From: Myxococcales bacterium
GTDB lineage: Bacteria > Myxococcota_A > UBA9042 > JABWCM01 > BTVJ01
Direction of reading: 5' to 3'
NCBI GenBank assembly: GCA_045863395.1
Contig: BTVJ01000010.1
Coordinates: 98,871 to 162,870 of the forward strand
Length of the DNA: 64,000 bases
Position numbers and translations under genes: made by a program. Under the pieces are notes generated by a model that ran no database searches, was not told where the DNA came from, and saw only the letters and a list, made by a program, of their open reading frames with translations. Position 1 is the first letter of the stretch. Each line of letters starts with the position of its first letter. Shown piece by piece: positions 37,801-47,214 of the stretch.

Positions 37801-39043
37801 CAACAACGGCTACCTGCACGCGGCGCACGGGGACCCCTACACCTTCGCGACGGACGCCAGCACGGCGAGCTTCGCCGGCATCGTCTGCGTGGCCGACCAG
37901 GCGTCGACGGACCCGACGGACTGGATGGACAAGACGGACAACTGCGAGGGTTTCCGGGAGTCGCAGTGGGACACGCGCGTGCGCTACGCCGTGTCGAAGG
38001 ACTACTACTGGGACCAGAACAAGGTCTACGCCTGCCCCGCGGGCTACCACTGGATGAGCTACGCCGAGGCGCAGCAGGTGTTCCCAACCACGGCCTACAA
38101 CGGCGGCGCCACCTACACCTACTACAGCCAGTGCGGCTGGAGCGGGTACAACTGGCACCAGCTCAGCAAGACCTACTTCCGCTTCAGCGACTCGAAGACC
38201 AACGGCATGTACAAGCACGCCGGCAACTACGACCCCTACCAGCCGCAGGGGCCCGACTTCACGACGAGCAGCTTCGCCGGCATCGTGTGCATGAAGAACG
38301 ACCCGCCGGGACCCACGGACTGGATGGACACGTCGGACAACTGCGGCGGGTTCCGGCAGAGCCTGAGCGACCCGGACGTGTTCTACGCCGTGTCCAAGTC
38401 CAACATCTGGAACCCGAACCGCACCTACACCTGCCCGAGCGGCTACCACTGGGCGACCACGGCGGAGGGGCAGGCGCGCTTCAACAACGTCCCCGCGTGG
38501 AACACCAACACGTACCACGGGCAGTGCGGCTGGAGCGGCTACGACTGGAACCCGGCGTGGCAGTTCGGGTGCACGAGCTACGGGCAGGCGGGCTGCGGGT
38601 CGACCTACGCGTCGCCGAACCCGACCATGGCGCAGATGAAGACCGGCCAGTTCCAGAGCGGGTGCGACGAGTGCGACACCTGGTACGGCACCACCTGCTA
38701 TGCGTCCGAGCTCACGTCGGGGGCCGCGGGCAAGTGCGGTGGCATCAACGAGGCCCACTGGCGCAACGACCAGCACATCAACCCGTGCTACTTCTCACCC
38801 AACAGCTTCGGCGGAAACCCCATCGGGGTGACGTCCGGGAGCCTGGGCGACCACTGCTACAACGGGGTGTGCTGCGGCGACAGCGTGATCCAGAACGTCA
38901 GCACCTACCGCAACTACTTCCGGTTCTCCGACTCGAAGACCACCGGCATGTACAAGCACGCGGGCAACAACGACAACTACAACGTGCAGGGGGCGGACAT
39001 GACCCTGTACTACTTCGCGGGCATCGTCTGCATCAAGGACTGA
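34805..39043 (+). CDS. Secreted fibre-like protein with six tandem ~130-aa domains (paralogue 2)
   Basis: GGAGG precedes the GTG at 34805. The signal peptide differs, but the protein is colinear and highly similar to 30164-34399 from AAPPTDMQ onward. Confidence 0.85.
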   Translation: MKSVVYTVGARAALAIALVALGAPQAVAAPPTDMQLQGSLATGAGTPVTGQFNLTIGIFTTQVGGTASWTQTFNNVQVTNGVYEVTLPGLDPALFRNQGSLWLETKVNSEAPLPRAKMGPAGWAFHSVSAGTAAVAEDVACTGCVGTADLAAGLRVGGNFTVQQSLILCDGLAGTCSVKLNDTATLASSATTLSVQANSGLRIRNFGDTAWAPLQTGVLTVNGNATVNGNLTVSGTISGTLSALPWSALTGVPAGFADGVDNDTTYTAGTGLTLATGQFSINPAQAQVRVSGTCNTGQAMRVVNADGTVVCGTAGATYTAPVAGGLAINGSNELSLRMSCTSGQVLKYDGSAWACSADATGGVTSFSGLSGTATDAQIPDNITINWALDSDKVDGHHYSPVWDSTDAATLGGQPPSYYATKASVDELAGQVSNPPQVQQAICASSGTTNVCKKDVYMAATHTRDANSLSSLSGGSWVYYAAENRCEYQGGIEVDNPKQCGQDLMPDWMDTSDNCGGFRQSSWDTRVRFAVAKDNVWNKDFNYTCPAGYHWATTEEVKPWFNGPNTGNYVYLSQCGWNSYVWNGKTRYYFRFKDSPSKQNSFKHSGNYDPYTIQYDGTLNYFAGIVCVQDAPMGPLDWMITEDDCGGFKESTWDSNFAFAVARKTVYDPSIPYTCPEGWHWATTAETQDAFVASPNTGYLYYGKCGWNGYDMQSNGLTRYYFRTSDSFTGPTTLAYKHAGNGEMYRLDYNNTKTEFAGIICKRDQPNTDPTDWMDKTDFCGGWRQNTWDPRFYYAIAKKNIWDPNKVYACPAGYHWASTAEVNAAFTAANPDESPNYAYYNQCGWSGYYWQGIQRYYFRFSDSKTTNRYKHAGNWDPYADSTSATLTEFAGIICMKDNAPTYPTPNTTDWMLTDDDCGGFRESMWTSRIRYAVARQNVWNKSFTYKCPAGYHWGSQSEVAGMLTSAINPSYYRYNGQCGWSGYYWHARYRVYFRFSDSAINNGYLHAAHGDPYTFATDASTASFAGIVCVADQASTDPTDWMDKTDNCEGFRESQWDTRVRYAVSKDYYWDQNKVYACPAGYHWMSYAEAQQVFPTTAYNGGATYTYYSQCGWSGYNWHQLSKTYFRFSDSKTNGMYKHAGNYDPYQPQGPDFTTSSFAGIVCMKNDPPGPTDWMDTSDNCGGFRQSLSDPDVFYAVSKSNIWNPNRTYTCPSGYHWATTAEGQARFNNVPAWNTNTYHGQCGWSGYDWNPAWQFGCTSYGQAGCGSTYASPNPTMAQMKTGQFQSGCDECDTWYGTTCYASELTSGAAGKCGGINEAHWRNDQHINPCYFSPNSFGGNPIGVTSGSLGDHCYNGVCCGDSVIQNVSTYRNYFRFSDSKTTGMYKHAGNNDNYNVQGADMTLYYFAGIVCIKD

Positions 39044-39150
39044 GAGGAGGAGCGGGCGTGGTTGGCCACGCCTGCTCGATATCCCTCCCCGACCCCACCT
39101 GAGCTCACGAGTCGATGACGTCCCCCCGCGCCGACCGAGGGGCGAGTGGC

Positions 39151-40488
39151 TCACGCTCCACAATAGCGCCGCACCACCTCCCAGAAGGTCTCCAGGCCCC
39201 AGCGGAAGCCCTCCACAGGGATGCGCTCGTCGTGGCCGTGGTACAGCGACGCGAAGGGGAGGTCCGGCGGGAGGCGGATAGGCGTGAAGCCGTAGGTCTG
39301 GAGCCCAAGCTCCTGCCAGGCGATGGCGTCGGTGAAGCCCACGACCAGGTAGGGGGCGACGCGGCAGCCGGGGTCCCGCTCGCGCAGGACCGTCTCCAGC
39401 AGGCGGTACATCTCCGTGTCCCCGTCCGTCTCGCTGGGGGGCCCCTCCCGGAGCACCTCCAGCTCCACCTCGTCGCCGACCACGGCGCGCAGCTCGTCCA
39501 TGAGCTGGGCCGTCGTGAAGCCCGGCAGCATGCGGCAGTCCAGGGTGGCGCTGGCGCTGCTCGGGACGACGTTCTCTTTGTAGCCGGCGGCAAGCCCCGT
39601 CGGGTTCGCCGTGTTGTGGAGGCTGGCCAGGAACACCTTGCGCCGCTCCGGGTCCGGCAAGAGCTTCTGCAGCACGAAGTTGGAGAGCGGCGCCGAGCGG
39701 GCGGCCTTGAGCACCAGGCTCGCGGGGAAGCCCAGGGCGCGGCCGGCCTCTTCCATGAAGCGGCTCATGACCGGGTGCAGGTGGAAGGGCAGCAGGCGCT
39801 CGTCCACCCGCTGGAGGGCCCTGGCGAGGCGCACGACGGCGTTCCTGTCGTGGGGCATGGAGCCGTGGCCGGGCTCCCCGCGCGCCGTCATGCGGACCCA
39901 GGCGAAGCCCTTGCACGCGAGCTGGATGGGGTACAGGCGCTCGCCGGCCAGGTGGATCGTGAAGCCACCGAGCTCGTTGAGGGCGTAGCGCCCGCGCAGC
40001 AGCTCCGGGTGGTGCTTCACGAGCCACCGGGAGCCCTCGAAGCAGCCCGCCTCCTCGTCGGCCACGCACACCAGCGCCAGGTCGTGGTGGAGCCGGAGCC
40101 CCGTCCGCTTCGCCAGGAGCAGGCTCATCAGGCCGTAGACCGCCATGTTCTTCATGTCGATGGCGCCGCGGCCCCACACGTAGCCGTCGGCCACCTCGGC
40201 GGCGAAGGGCGGGTGGGTCCAGCGCTCCGGCTCCGCGGGGACCACGTCCAGGTGCGCCGTGAGCAGCAGGGCGCCGTCCGGGTCACCCCCATCGAGGCGC
40301 GCCACCAGGTTGGCGCGACCGGGGCCGCTCTCTTTGATGATGGACGGGATGCCCTCGGCATCGAGGACACCCGCAACGTAGCGCGCAGCCTCGATCTCGT
40401 TACCCGGCGGGTTGGTGGTGTCGATGCGCAGCAGCGCCCGCAGGTGGCCCATGGCCTCCTCGTGCGTGCGGCCCCAGTCGATGCTCAT
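39151..40488 (-). CDS. M20/M25/M40 family metallo-hydrolase
   Basis: LLTAHLDVVPA, WGRGAIDMKN, ADEEAG, GHGSMP and HGHDERIP. Confidence 0.92.
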   Translation of the reverse strand: MSIDWGRTHEEAMGHLRALLRIDTTNPPGNEIEAARYVAGVLDAEGIPSIIKESGPGRANLVARLDGGDPDGALLLTAHLDVVPAEPERWTHPPFAAEVADGYVWGRGAIDMKNMAVYGLMSLLLAKRTGLRLHHDLALVCVADEEAGCFEGSRWLVKHHPELLRGRYALNELGGFTIHLAGERLYPIQLACKGFAWVRMTARGEPGHGSMPHDRNAVVRLARALQRVDERLLPFHLHPVMSRFMEEAGRALGFPASLVLKAARSAPLSNFVLQKLLPDPERRKVFLASLHNTANPTGLAAGYKENVVPSSASATLDCRMLPGFTTAQLMDELRAVVGDEVELEVLREGPPSETDGDTEMYRLLETVLRERDPGCRVAPYLVVGFTDAIAWQELGLQTYGFTPIRLPPDLPFASLYHGHDERIPVEGFRWGLETFWEVVRRYCGA

Positions 40489-40571
40489 GCGCCCTCCATG
40501 CGATGTGAGGGCACACCATAGAAGATGATGGGCTCCCGGGACAATGGTGTATGCTGCCCGCGGAGGTCGCC

Positions 40572-40958
40572 ATGAACCGTATGATTTTCTGGATCGCCGC
40601 CCTGGGCCTCGTCGCGGCCTGCAAGCGCGAGGCGGCTGAGCCCGCCACCGAGAACGTCATCGTCCGCGAGTGCTACAAGCCCTTCTTCAACGCCGCGTCC
40701 GACGGCAACGTCTCGGAGCTGAAGGCCGTGCTGAGCCGCGAGACCATCCGCCACATGGAGGCGGACGTGTTTCGTGCCGGCGGCGTGATGGAGGGGTGGT
40801 CGGACTTCGCGCGGGTCTACAGCGACATGAAGATCAGCCAGTTCATCAAGGACGTGGAGATCACGGACGACCGCGCCGTGGTCAAGGACCCCGTCGGCGG
40901 GACCTTCAAGTGCATCCGGGAGGACGGCGCCTGGAAGGCCGACCTCAGCGACTACTGA
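40572..40958 (+). CDS. Small lipoprotein, possibly NTF2/DUF4878-like
   Basis: GGAGG RBS, lipobox LVAAC and C-terminal REDGAWK. Confidence 0.7.
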   Translation: MNRMIFWIAALGLVAACKREAAEPATENVIVRECYKPFFNAASDGNVSELKAVLSRETIRHMEADVFRAGGVMEGWSDFARVYSDMKISQFIKDVEITDDRAVVKDPVGGTFKCIREDGAWKADLSDY

Positions 40959-41005
40959 TCCCGCGAATCCATCCCCTGCCCTTGAAAGACGTGGCCACGG
41001 CGATT

Positions 41006-41020
41006 TGACGCAATGCGTCA
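41006..41020. promoter_or_regulatory. Palindromic candidate transcription-factor site TGACGCA-A-TGCGTCA
   Basis: Perfect 7-bp inverted repeat in the 430-bp region upstream of hup. A half-site TGACGCA recurs at 41259. Confidence 0.35.
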
Positions 41021-41275
41021 TCGCGCCTGGCACCCAAGGAAGAAACCCGACCGGAGGCAGCGCCGTGGCCGGTGCGTGCTTGCGCCGTGGGCACCGCGGG
41101 GCCCGACCGCCCGCGGAGGATCCCTGCGCAAACTTTGGAAACAACAGGAGAATCTATCGTTCGGCCTCAGTTGGCGCCGGATCCCGAGGGCACGCTCGCA
41201 GGGAGGCACGCGGAGCCCCGAAGCCCGACCGCCGGATCGGCCAGAGAATATGCGGGCATGACGCAGTAAAAAACC

Positions 41276-41305
41276 TTGACGGCCCCGAGAGACCGTTCCT
41301 ATGAT
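41276..41305 (+). promoter_or_regulatory. Sigma70-type promoter of hup
   Basis: A-tract followed by TTGACG-N18-TATGAT. Confidence 0.6.
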
Positions 41306-41390
41306 GGCCGCGTTCAGGAGCCTGGCGCGCGCAAGAGCGCATGGCACAAGGCTCCGAGGCCCATGCAACCCGCTTGAGGAGAAACAGACC

Positions 41391-41669
41391 ATGACGAAGG
41401 CAGACCTGATCCAGCAGGTGCAGGTGACGAAGGGGCTCCCCCAGCTCAGCAAGAAGGACACGTCGCTCGTCGTCGACGCGGTGTTCGAGGCGCTGAAGGC
41501 GAGCCTCAAGAAGGAGCAGCGGTTCAGCTACCCCGGCTTTGGCACCTTCAACGTGAAGGAGCGCAAGGCGCGCACGGGCCGCAACCCCCGCACGGGCGAC
41601 TCCATCGAGATCGGCGGGTCCAAGACGGTCAGCTTCAAGCCGTCGCCGACGTTCAAGGACGGACTCTAG
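41391..41669 (+). CDS. hup: HU family DNA-binding protein
   Basis: MTKADLI...GFGTF.VKERKARTGRNPRTG...FKPS, with a GAGGAG RBS. Confidence 0.95.
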   Translation: MTKADLIQQVQVTKGLPQLSKKDTSLVVDAVFEALKASLKKEQRFSYPGFGTFNVKERKARTGRNPRTGDSIEIGGSKTVSFKPSPTFKDGL

Positions 41670-41908
41670 GCCAGCCGCACCCGGTGGGCGCCACGTCTGG
41701 ATTCGTAGGGGTGAGACCTGCGGGGCCCGATGTTGCGCCCACCGAACCGAATCTCCTCCACGTCGGCCAACCATGCGTACTCGCGGGCCGGTTGCGCCCT
41801 GATCCCCCACCTCCGACGCTTCGACGGTTGCCCCTGCGCGCTGCTTCGTGGTAGCAATGCCCGGCCTCGGGCGTTCGCCGAGGCCCACGATCACCGAGGA
41901 GCGGGCCC

Positions 41909-42601
41909 ATGAACAAGGTCTATCCTGGCGCGACCGAGGCACTGTTCGACCTGTTCGACGGGGCGACGGTGCTCTCCGGCGGCTTCGGCCTGTGCGGCAA
42001 CCCTGAGAACCTCATCCGCGCCGTCCTCGACAAGGGCACCCGCGGGCTGACGGTCGTCTCCAACAACTGCGGCACGGACTTCGAGGGCTTGGGCGTGCTG
42101 CTGAAGGCGCGCCAGATCAAGAAGATGGTGTCGTCCTACGTGGGCGAGAACAAGGAGTTCGAGCGCCAGTTCCTGTCCGGGGAGCTGGAGGTGGAGCTCG
42201 TGCCCCAGGGGACGCTCGCCGAGCGCATCCGGGCCGGTGGTGCGGGCATCCCCGCCTTCTACACGCCGACGGGGGTGGGCACGGTGGTCGCCGAGGGCAA
42301 GGAGACGCGGGTGTTCGACGGGCAGGAGGTCGTGCTGGAGCGGGCGATCACCGGCGACTTCGCGTTCGTGAAGGCGTGGCGGGGCGACCGCCACGGGAAC
42401 CTCGTGTATCGGAAGACCGCGCGCAACTTCAACCCGATGATGGCCGCCGCCGGGAGGGTGACCATCGCGGAGGTGGAGGAGCTGGTCGAGCCGGGCGAGC
42501 TGCCCCCCGACGGCATTCATACGCCGGGGGTCTACGTCCAGCGCATCTTCCGCGGAGTCGACTACAAGAAGCCCATCGAGCGCCGCACGACGCGCCCCTG
42601 A
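41909..42601 (+). CDS. scoA: 3-oxoacid CoA-transferase subunit A
   Basis: [40 protein letters not shown] and ARNFNP. Confidence 0.92.
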   Translation: MNKVYPGATEALFDLFDGATVLSGGFGLCGNPENLIRAVLDKGTRGLTVVSNNCGTDFEGLGVLLKARQIKKMVSSYVGENKEFERQFLSGELEVELVPQGTLAERIRAGGAGIPAFYTPTGVGTVVAEGKETRVFDGQEVVLERAITGDFAFVKAWRGDRHGNLVYRKTARNFNPMMAAAGRVTIAEVEELVEPGELPPDGIHTPGVYVQRIFRGVDYKKPIERRTTRP

Positions 42602-42615
42602 GCGCCGGAGGACAC

Positions 42616-43272
42616 ATGCCACTGACACGGGACCAGATCGTGAAGCGGGTCGCGCAGGAGCTGCGCGACGGCGACTACGTGAACCTGGGCATCGGCATGC
42701 CGACGCTGGTCGCCAACCACATCCCCCCTGGGGTCGAGGTCGTGCTGCAGAGCGAGAACGGCATGCTCGGCATCGGGCCCTACCCGCGGGAGGGCGAAGA
42801 GGACCCGGACCTGATCAACGCGGGCAAGGAGACCATCTCCGAGATTCCCGGGAGCGCCTACTTCTCGTCGGCGGAGAGCTTCGGCATGATCCGGGGCGGC
42901 CACGTGGATCTGACGGTCCTCGGCGCCCTGGAGGTGTCCGCGGCCGGCGACCTCGCCAACTGGATGGTGCCCGGCAAGATGGTCAAGGGCATGGGCGGGG
43001 CCATGGACCTCGTCGCCGGGGCCCGCCGCGTCGTCGTCACCATGACGCACACGGCCAAGGACGGCACGTCCAAGATCCTCCCCGAGTGCACCCTGCCGCT
43101 GACGGGCAAGGGCGTCGTGGACATGATCGTCACGGAGCTGGGCGTGCTCCGCGTGGAGGACGGCGCCCTGGTGCTCGCCGAGATCGCCCCCGACGTCACG
43201 GTGGACCAGGTCATCGCCGCCACCGCCGCCCCGCTGCGCGTCGCCGCCGACCTGCGCACCGTCGCAGTCTGA
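42616..43272 (+). CDS. scoB: 3-oxoacid CoA-transferase subunit B
   Basis: [21 protein letters not shown] and [13 protein letters not shown] precedes the ATG at 42616. Confidence 0.92.
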   Translation: MPLTRDQIVKRVAQELRDGDYVNLGIGMPTLVANHIPPGVEVVLQSENGMLGIGPYPREGEEDPDLINAGKETISEIPGSAYFSSAESFGMIRGGHVDLTVLGALEVSAAGDLANWMVPGKMVKGMGGAMDLVAGARRVVVTMTHTAKDGTSKILPECTLPLTGKGVVDMIVTELGVLRVEDGALVLAEIAPDVTVDQVIAATAAPLRVAADLRTVAV

Positions 43273-43278
43273 GAGGCC

Positions 43279-44223
43279 GTGGCGTCCGCCGTGATCGCCG
43301 GCGTCCGGCGCCTGGTCCCCGCCGTCCACGAAGGCGAGGGCGTGGCGTTCTCGTGGCCCGTCGCCCTGCTCTCCACCGCCTGGCTCGCCGGGCTCACCTA
43401 TGCCTGGTACGGCGCTCGCGGCGCGGCCTGGACCGCGACACCGCTGGTCCCGGCGCTGTTTGCAGGCGGGGCGGCGCTCTTCTTCCTGCTCGTGTGGATC
43501 TTCCGTGGCCGCGCCCCTTGGCAGCTACGCCGGGAGACCGTCGTGGTCGCCGTGACGGCGATCGCGCTCCTCGCCGTGCTGTGGCTCTGGGGCCGCGAGG
43601 GGACCTTCCGGCGCTGGGCCGCAGACCGTTCGTTCGAAGGCCAGCTCGCCCCGCTGTACCCCTTCTTCTACTTCGTGGCGAGCTGCGTGCTCTGGCGCAG
43701 CGTCCTGCCGCTCGCCATCGGGCGCGCGCTCGGCCGCCCGTCCTCGGACTACGGCTGGCGCTTCCGCGGCACCTTCGACCTGTGGTGGGTCTACCTGCTC
43801 GCCGTGCTCGCCGTCGTCCCCTTCGTGGTGTGGGCGAGCACGCAGGCGTCGTTCCTGGCGCGCTACCCCCTGTGCAACCCGATCATCCGCGATGAGTCGC
43901 TCGCCTGGGGGCACTTCCTCGCCTATCAGCTCAGCTACGGGCTCGTGTTCGCGTCCGGAGAGTCCTTCTGGCGCGGCTACATGCTGTTCGGGCTGGCCCG
44001 CGAGCTCGGCTACCTGTCGCTGTTCTTCATGGTCGGGCCGTACGTGATCTCGCACTTCGGCAAGCCCATGCCAGAGACGTTTGGCGCCATCGCCACTGGG
44101 CTGTTCCTCGGCTACCTGGCGCTGCGGCACCGCTCCTTCTGGCTCGGCGTGGCGGCCCACTGGTCCATCGCGCTGATGATGGACGTCTTTGCGCTGCTGC
44201 GGCGCGGAGTGACGCTCACGTGA
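43279..44223 (+). CDS. CPBP (Abi/CAAX) family intramembrane glutamic endopeptidase
   Basis: Multiple TM segments, with ESFWRG, SHFGKP..E and the AAHW motif. Confidence 0.8.
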   Translation: MASAVIAGVRRLVPAVHEGEGVAFSWPVALLSTAWLAGLTYAWYGARGAAWTATPLVPALFAGGAALFFLLVWIFRGRAPWQLRRETVVVAVTAIALLAVLWLWGREGTFRRWAADRSFEGQLAPLYPFFYFVASCVLWRSVLPLAIGRALGRPSSDYGWRFRGTFDLWWVYLLAVLAVVPFVVWASTQASFLARYPLCNPIIRDESLAWGHFLAYQLSYGLVFASGESFWRGYMLFGLARELGYLSLFFMVGPYVISHFGKPMPETFGAIATGLFLGYLALRHRSFWLGVAAHWSIALMMDVFALLRRGVTLT

Positions 44224-44648
44224 GGCTCCTCGGCATCGATCACGGGGAGCGGCGCATCGGCCTGGCGCTCAGCGACCCGTCTGGAGTCGTGGCGACGCCG
44301 CTGGCGGTGCACGAGCGGCGCCAGCGGCGCAAGCAGGACCTCGTGGACCTGGAGCGCATCGCGCGGGAGCACGACTGCGTGGCCTTCGTCATCGGCATCC
44401 CGCTCGACGGGGACGGGCAGGCGGGCAAGAAGGCGCGGGAGGTGCAGCAGTTCGCCCAGGCGCTGCGCGAGGCGAGCGGCATGGAGGTCTACGAGATCGA
44501 CGAACGGTTCACCACCGTGCGGGCGCATGACGCCCTGTCCACCATGGGAGTGCCCCAGGCGCGACGACGAGACCTGGTGGACAAGGTGGCCGCCGCGATC
44601 CTGCTCCAGGACTGGCTGGACTCCCGGGCGAGGGGCGATGCCGCGTAG
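44220..44648 (+). CDS. ruvX: YqgF/RuvX family nuclease
   Basis: LGIDHGERRIGLALSD, DERFTT and VDKVAAAILLQ. Confidence 0.93.
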   Translation: MRLLGIDHGERRIGLALSDPSGVVATPLAVHERRQRRKQDLVDLERIAREHDCVAFVIGIPLDGDGQAGKKAREVQQFAQALREASGMEVYEIDERFTTVRAHDALSTMGVPQARRRDLVDKVAAAILLQDWLDSRARGDAA

Positions 44649-45714
44649 GGGCCTGCTCATCGCCGGGGGCGTGGCCCTGGCCTTGACCATCGCCAGCACC
44701 TGGGTCGTGGTGCTCTACGAGGACTATCTCTCGTCGCCCATCGACCCCGCGAGCCGCGAGCGAGTGCTCGTGCGCGTCCGCCCGGGGTCCTTCGACGAGG
44801 TGGTCGAGTCTCTCGTCGCGCGGGGCCTGGTCAAGGACCCGACCTTCTTCAAGGTCTACGCCACGCTCACGGGCAAGCGGGACCACGTGAAGGCAGGCGC
44901 ATTCCTGCTCGCGCGGAGCTGGACTCCGAGAGAGCTCCTCGACCACCTCATCGACGCGGATCCAGCCGACCGGGTGCGCCTGACCACGCCGGAGGGCCAG
45001 AGCGTGTGGCAGGTGGCCGACCGCATCGACGCGCTCGGGCTCGCCACGCGGGCGGAGGTCCTCGACGCGGCAGCAGATTGGGGCCTGGCGCAGGAGCTCG
45101 GCCTCCCGGCCCGGGCGCCCTCGGGGCTCGCCTTGACGGACCGCGGGCACGTCTACGCCTTCGAGGGCTATCTCTTCCCGAAGACCTACGAGCTGCCCGC
45201 CGAGTCGGACGCCCGCGCCCTGGTGAAGCGCATGGGCAGGCAGTTCCTCACCGAGTGGGCGGCGGTGAAGGCCGCGCACCGGGTCGGCTACGAGCGGGTG
45301 CGCCGGGAGCACGGCCTCGACGACCACGCGCTGGTCACGCTCGCGTCCCTCGTCGAGGAGGAGACCGCCAACGGCGCCGAGCGCGCGCTGATCGCCGGGG
45401 TCTTCTACAACCGCCTGCGCAAGCAGTGGCGCCTCCAGACGGACCCGACCCTCGTGTATCATCCCGAGCGCTACGGGAAGGTGCCGACCGTCGTCGACCG
45501 CAAGAACGACCGCAACCCCTGGAACACCTACGTGGTGCGGGGGCTCCCACCGGGGCCGATCTCCAGCCCGGGCGCGGCGGCCCTGGCGGCCGTGCTGGAG
45601 CCGGCGCGCACGGACATGCTCTTCTTCGTGGCGAAACGCGACGGCACGGGGACGCACCACTTCAGCAGGACGGCCAAGGAGCACGAGGACGCCGTGCGAC
45701 GCTACCTCAAGTGA
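44638..45714 (+). CDS. mltG: Endolytic transglycosylase MltG
   Basis: EGYLFPKTY, LASLVEEE, VFYNRL, LQTDPT and WNTY...GLPPGPI. Follows ruvX. Confidence 0.93.
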   Translation: MPRRGLLIAGGVALALTIASTWVVVLYEDYLSSPIDPASRERVLVRVRPGSFDEVVESLVARGLVKDPTFFKVYATLTGKRDHVKAGAFLLARSWTPRELLDHLIDADPADRVRLTTPEGQSVWQVADRIDALGLATRAEVLDAAADWGLAQELGLPARAPSGLALTDRGHVYAFEGYLFPKTYELPAESDARALVKRMGRQFLTEWAAVKAAHRVGYERVRREHGLDDHALVTLASLVEEETANGAERALIAGVFYNRLRKQWRLQTDPTLVYHPERYGKVPTVVDRKNDRNPWNTYVVRGLPPGPISSPGAAALAAVLEPARTDMLFFVAKRDGTGTHHFSRTAKEHEDAVRRYLK

Positions 45715-45716
45715 CC

Positions 45717-47201
45717 ATGAGCCGCTTTCAGCGAGGCGGCCTCACCCTCGGGCTCGTGGCCCTCGTAGCGGCCATGGCGCTCGCGCGCTGGCTCCCCGAG
45801 CTCCCGGCCGGGCTGACCCGCGAGGGCCTGATCCTCATCGGCGTGACGACCCTGATGGCGGCCTGGTGGGTGACCGAGGCGATCCCGCTCGCCGCCACCG
45901 CGCTCGTGCCGCTGGTCGCCTTCCCCCTGCTCGGGGTCGCAGGCATCGCCGACGTGGCCGGGTCCTACAGCGACCGGTTCATCCTGCTCCTGATGGGGGG
46001 CTTCTTCGTGGCGACCGGCATCGAGCGGTGGGGGCTCCACCGGCGCCTCGCGCTCTGGACGGTGGGGCGCGTCGGGCTCGCGCCACGGCGCCTCGTGCTG
46101 GGGTTCATGCTGGCGACCGCGGGGCTGTCCATGTGGATCTCCAACACCGCCACCGTCCTCATGATGCTGCCCATCGTCGCCGCGGTGGTCGAGCGGGCGA
46201 AGGAGCACGACCCCCGCGGAGCGCGCGCGCTGGCGACGACGCTGCTCCTGGGCATCGCCTACGCGTCGAGCATCGGCGGGCTCGGCACCCCCATCGGCAC
46301 ACCGCCCAACAACCTGTTCATGGGCATCTACCACGCGCGCTTCCCCGAGGCGCCGCGCATCTCCTTCTTCGGGTGGATGCAGCTCGGGGTGCCGGTCGTG
46401 GCCGTGATGCTCCCGCTCGTGTGGTGGTGGCTCGTCGCGCGGGTCGGGCGTCTGCCTCACGGCGGGGGCGAGGCGGGGCGCGCCGTCATCGACGCCGAGC
46501 GCCGGTCGCTGGGCCCCATGGCGCCCTCCGAGCGCCGCATCGCCTGGGTCTTCGCCTTGACGGCCGCCGCGTGGATCCTGCGGGAGCCCATCCCCCTCGG
46601 AGACTCGCTCACCCTCCCTGGCTGGTCCATGCTGCTGCCGAACCCGGCCTTTGCCGACGACTCCACCGTCGCCATGGCGTCCGCCCTCGCCATGTTCCTG
46701 ATCCCGGCGGGGCGCTCCCAGGGGCCGCTGCTCGACTGGGAGACCGCCAGCCGCATCCCCTGGGGGCTCGTCCTGCTGTTCGGGGGCGGCATCGCCATCT
46801 CCGCCGGCTTCAAGGCGACGGGCTTGTTCGGCTTCGTCGGCTCGACCCTCGGGCTGCTCGGGTCCGTCCACCCGGTCCTCCTGACCGCCCTGGTCGCCCT
46901 GGTCGTCACCTTCCTGACCGAGGTGACCTCCAACACCGCGACCGCTGCCATCCTGCTGCCGATCCTCGCCTCCACGGCCGTCGCCAGCGGGCACCCTCCC
47001 CTCGCGCTGATGCTCGCCGGCACGCTCAGCGCCTCGTGCGCCTTCATGCTGCCGGTCGCCACCGCCCCCAACGCCATCGTGTTCAGCACGGGCGACGTGA
47101 CCGTCGCCCAGATGGCGCGCGCGGGCTTCTGGATCAACCTGGCGGGCGTCGTCGTGATCACTGCCGCCGTGTGGGCGCTGGGCGTGCCGCTCTTGGGGTA
47201 G
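45717..47201 (+). CDS. SLC13/DASS family di/tricarboxylate symporter
   Basis: WWVTEAIP, SMWISNTAT, TPIGTPPN, TEVTSNTAT and FMLPVATAPNAIV. Confidence 0.93.
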   Translation: MSRFQRGGLTLGLVALVAAMALARWLPELPAGLTREGLILIGVTTLMAAWWVTEAIPLAATALVPLVAFPLLGVAGIADVAGSYSDRFILLLMGGFFVATGIERWGLHRRLALWTVGRVGLAPRRLVLGFMLATAGLSMWISNTATVLMMLPIVAAVVERAKEHDPRGARALATTLLLGIAYASSIGGLGTPIGTPPNNLFMGIYHARFPEAPRISFFGWMQLGVPVVAVMLPLVWWWLVARVGRLPHGGGEAGRAVIDAERRSLGPMAPSERRIAWVFALTAAAWILREPIPLGDSLTLPGWSMLLPNPAFADDSTVAMASALAMFLIPAGRSQGPLLDWETASRIPWGLVLLFGGGIAISAGFKATGLFGFVGSTLGLLGSVHPVLLTALVALVVTFLTEVTSNTATAAILLPILASTAVASGHPPLALMLAGTLSASCAFMLPVATAPNAIVFSTGDVTVAQMARAGFWINLAGVVVITAAVWALGVPLLG

Positions 47202-47214
47202 GGTACGTGGGGCG

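Noticed and set aside
30164..39043. Diversity-generating retroelement TR/VR pair
   Set aside because: Differences include many synonymous G/C third-position changes rather than adenine-specific ones, both copies are full genes, and there is no reverse transcriptase in the window.
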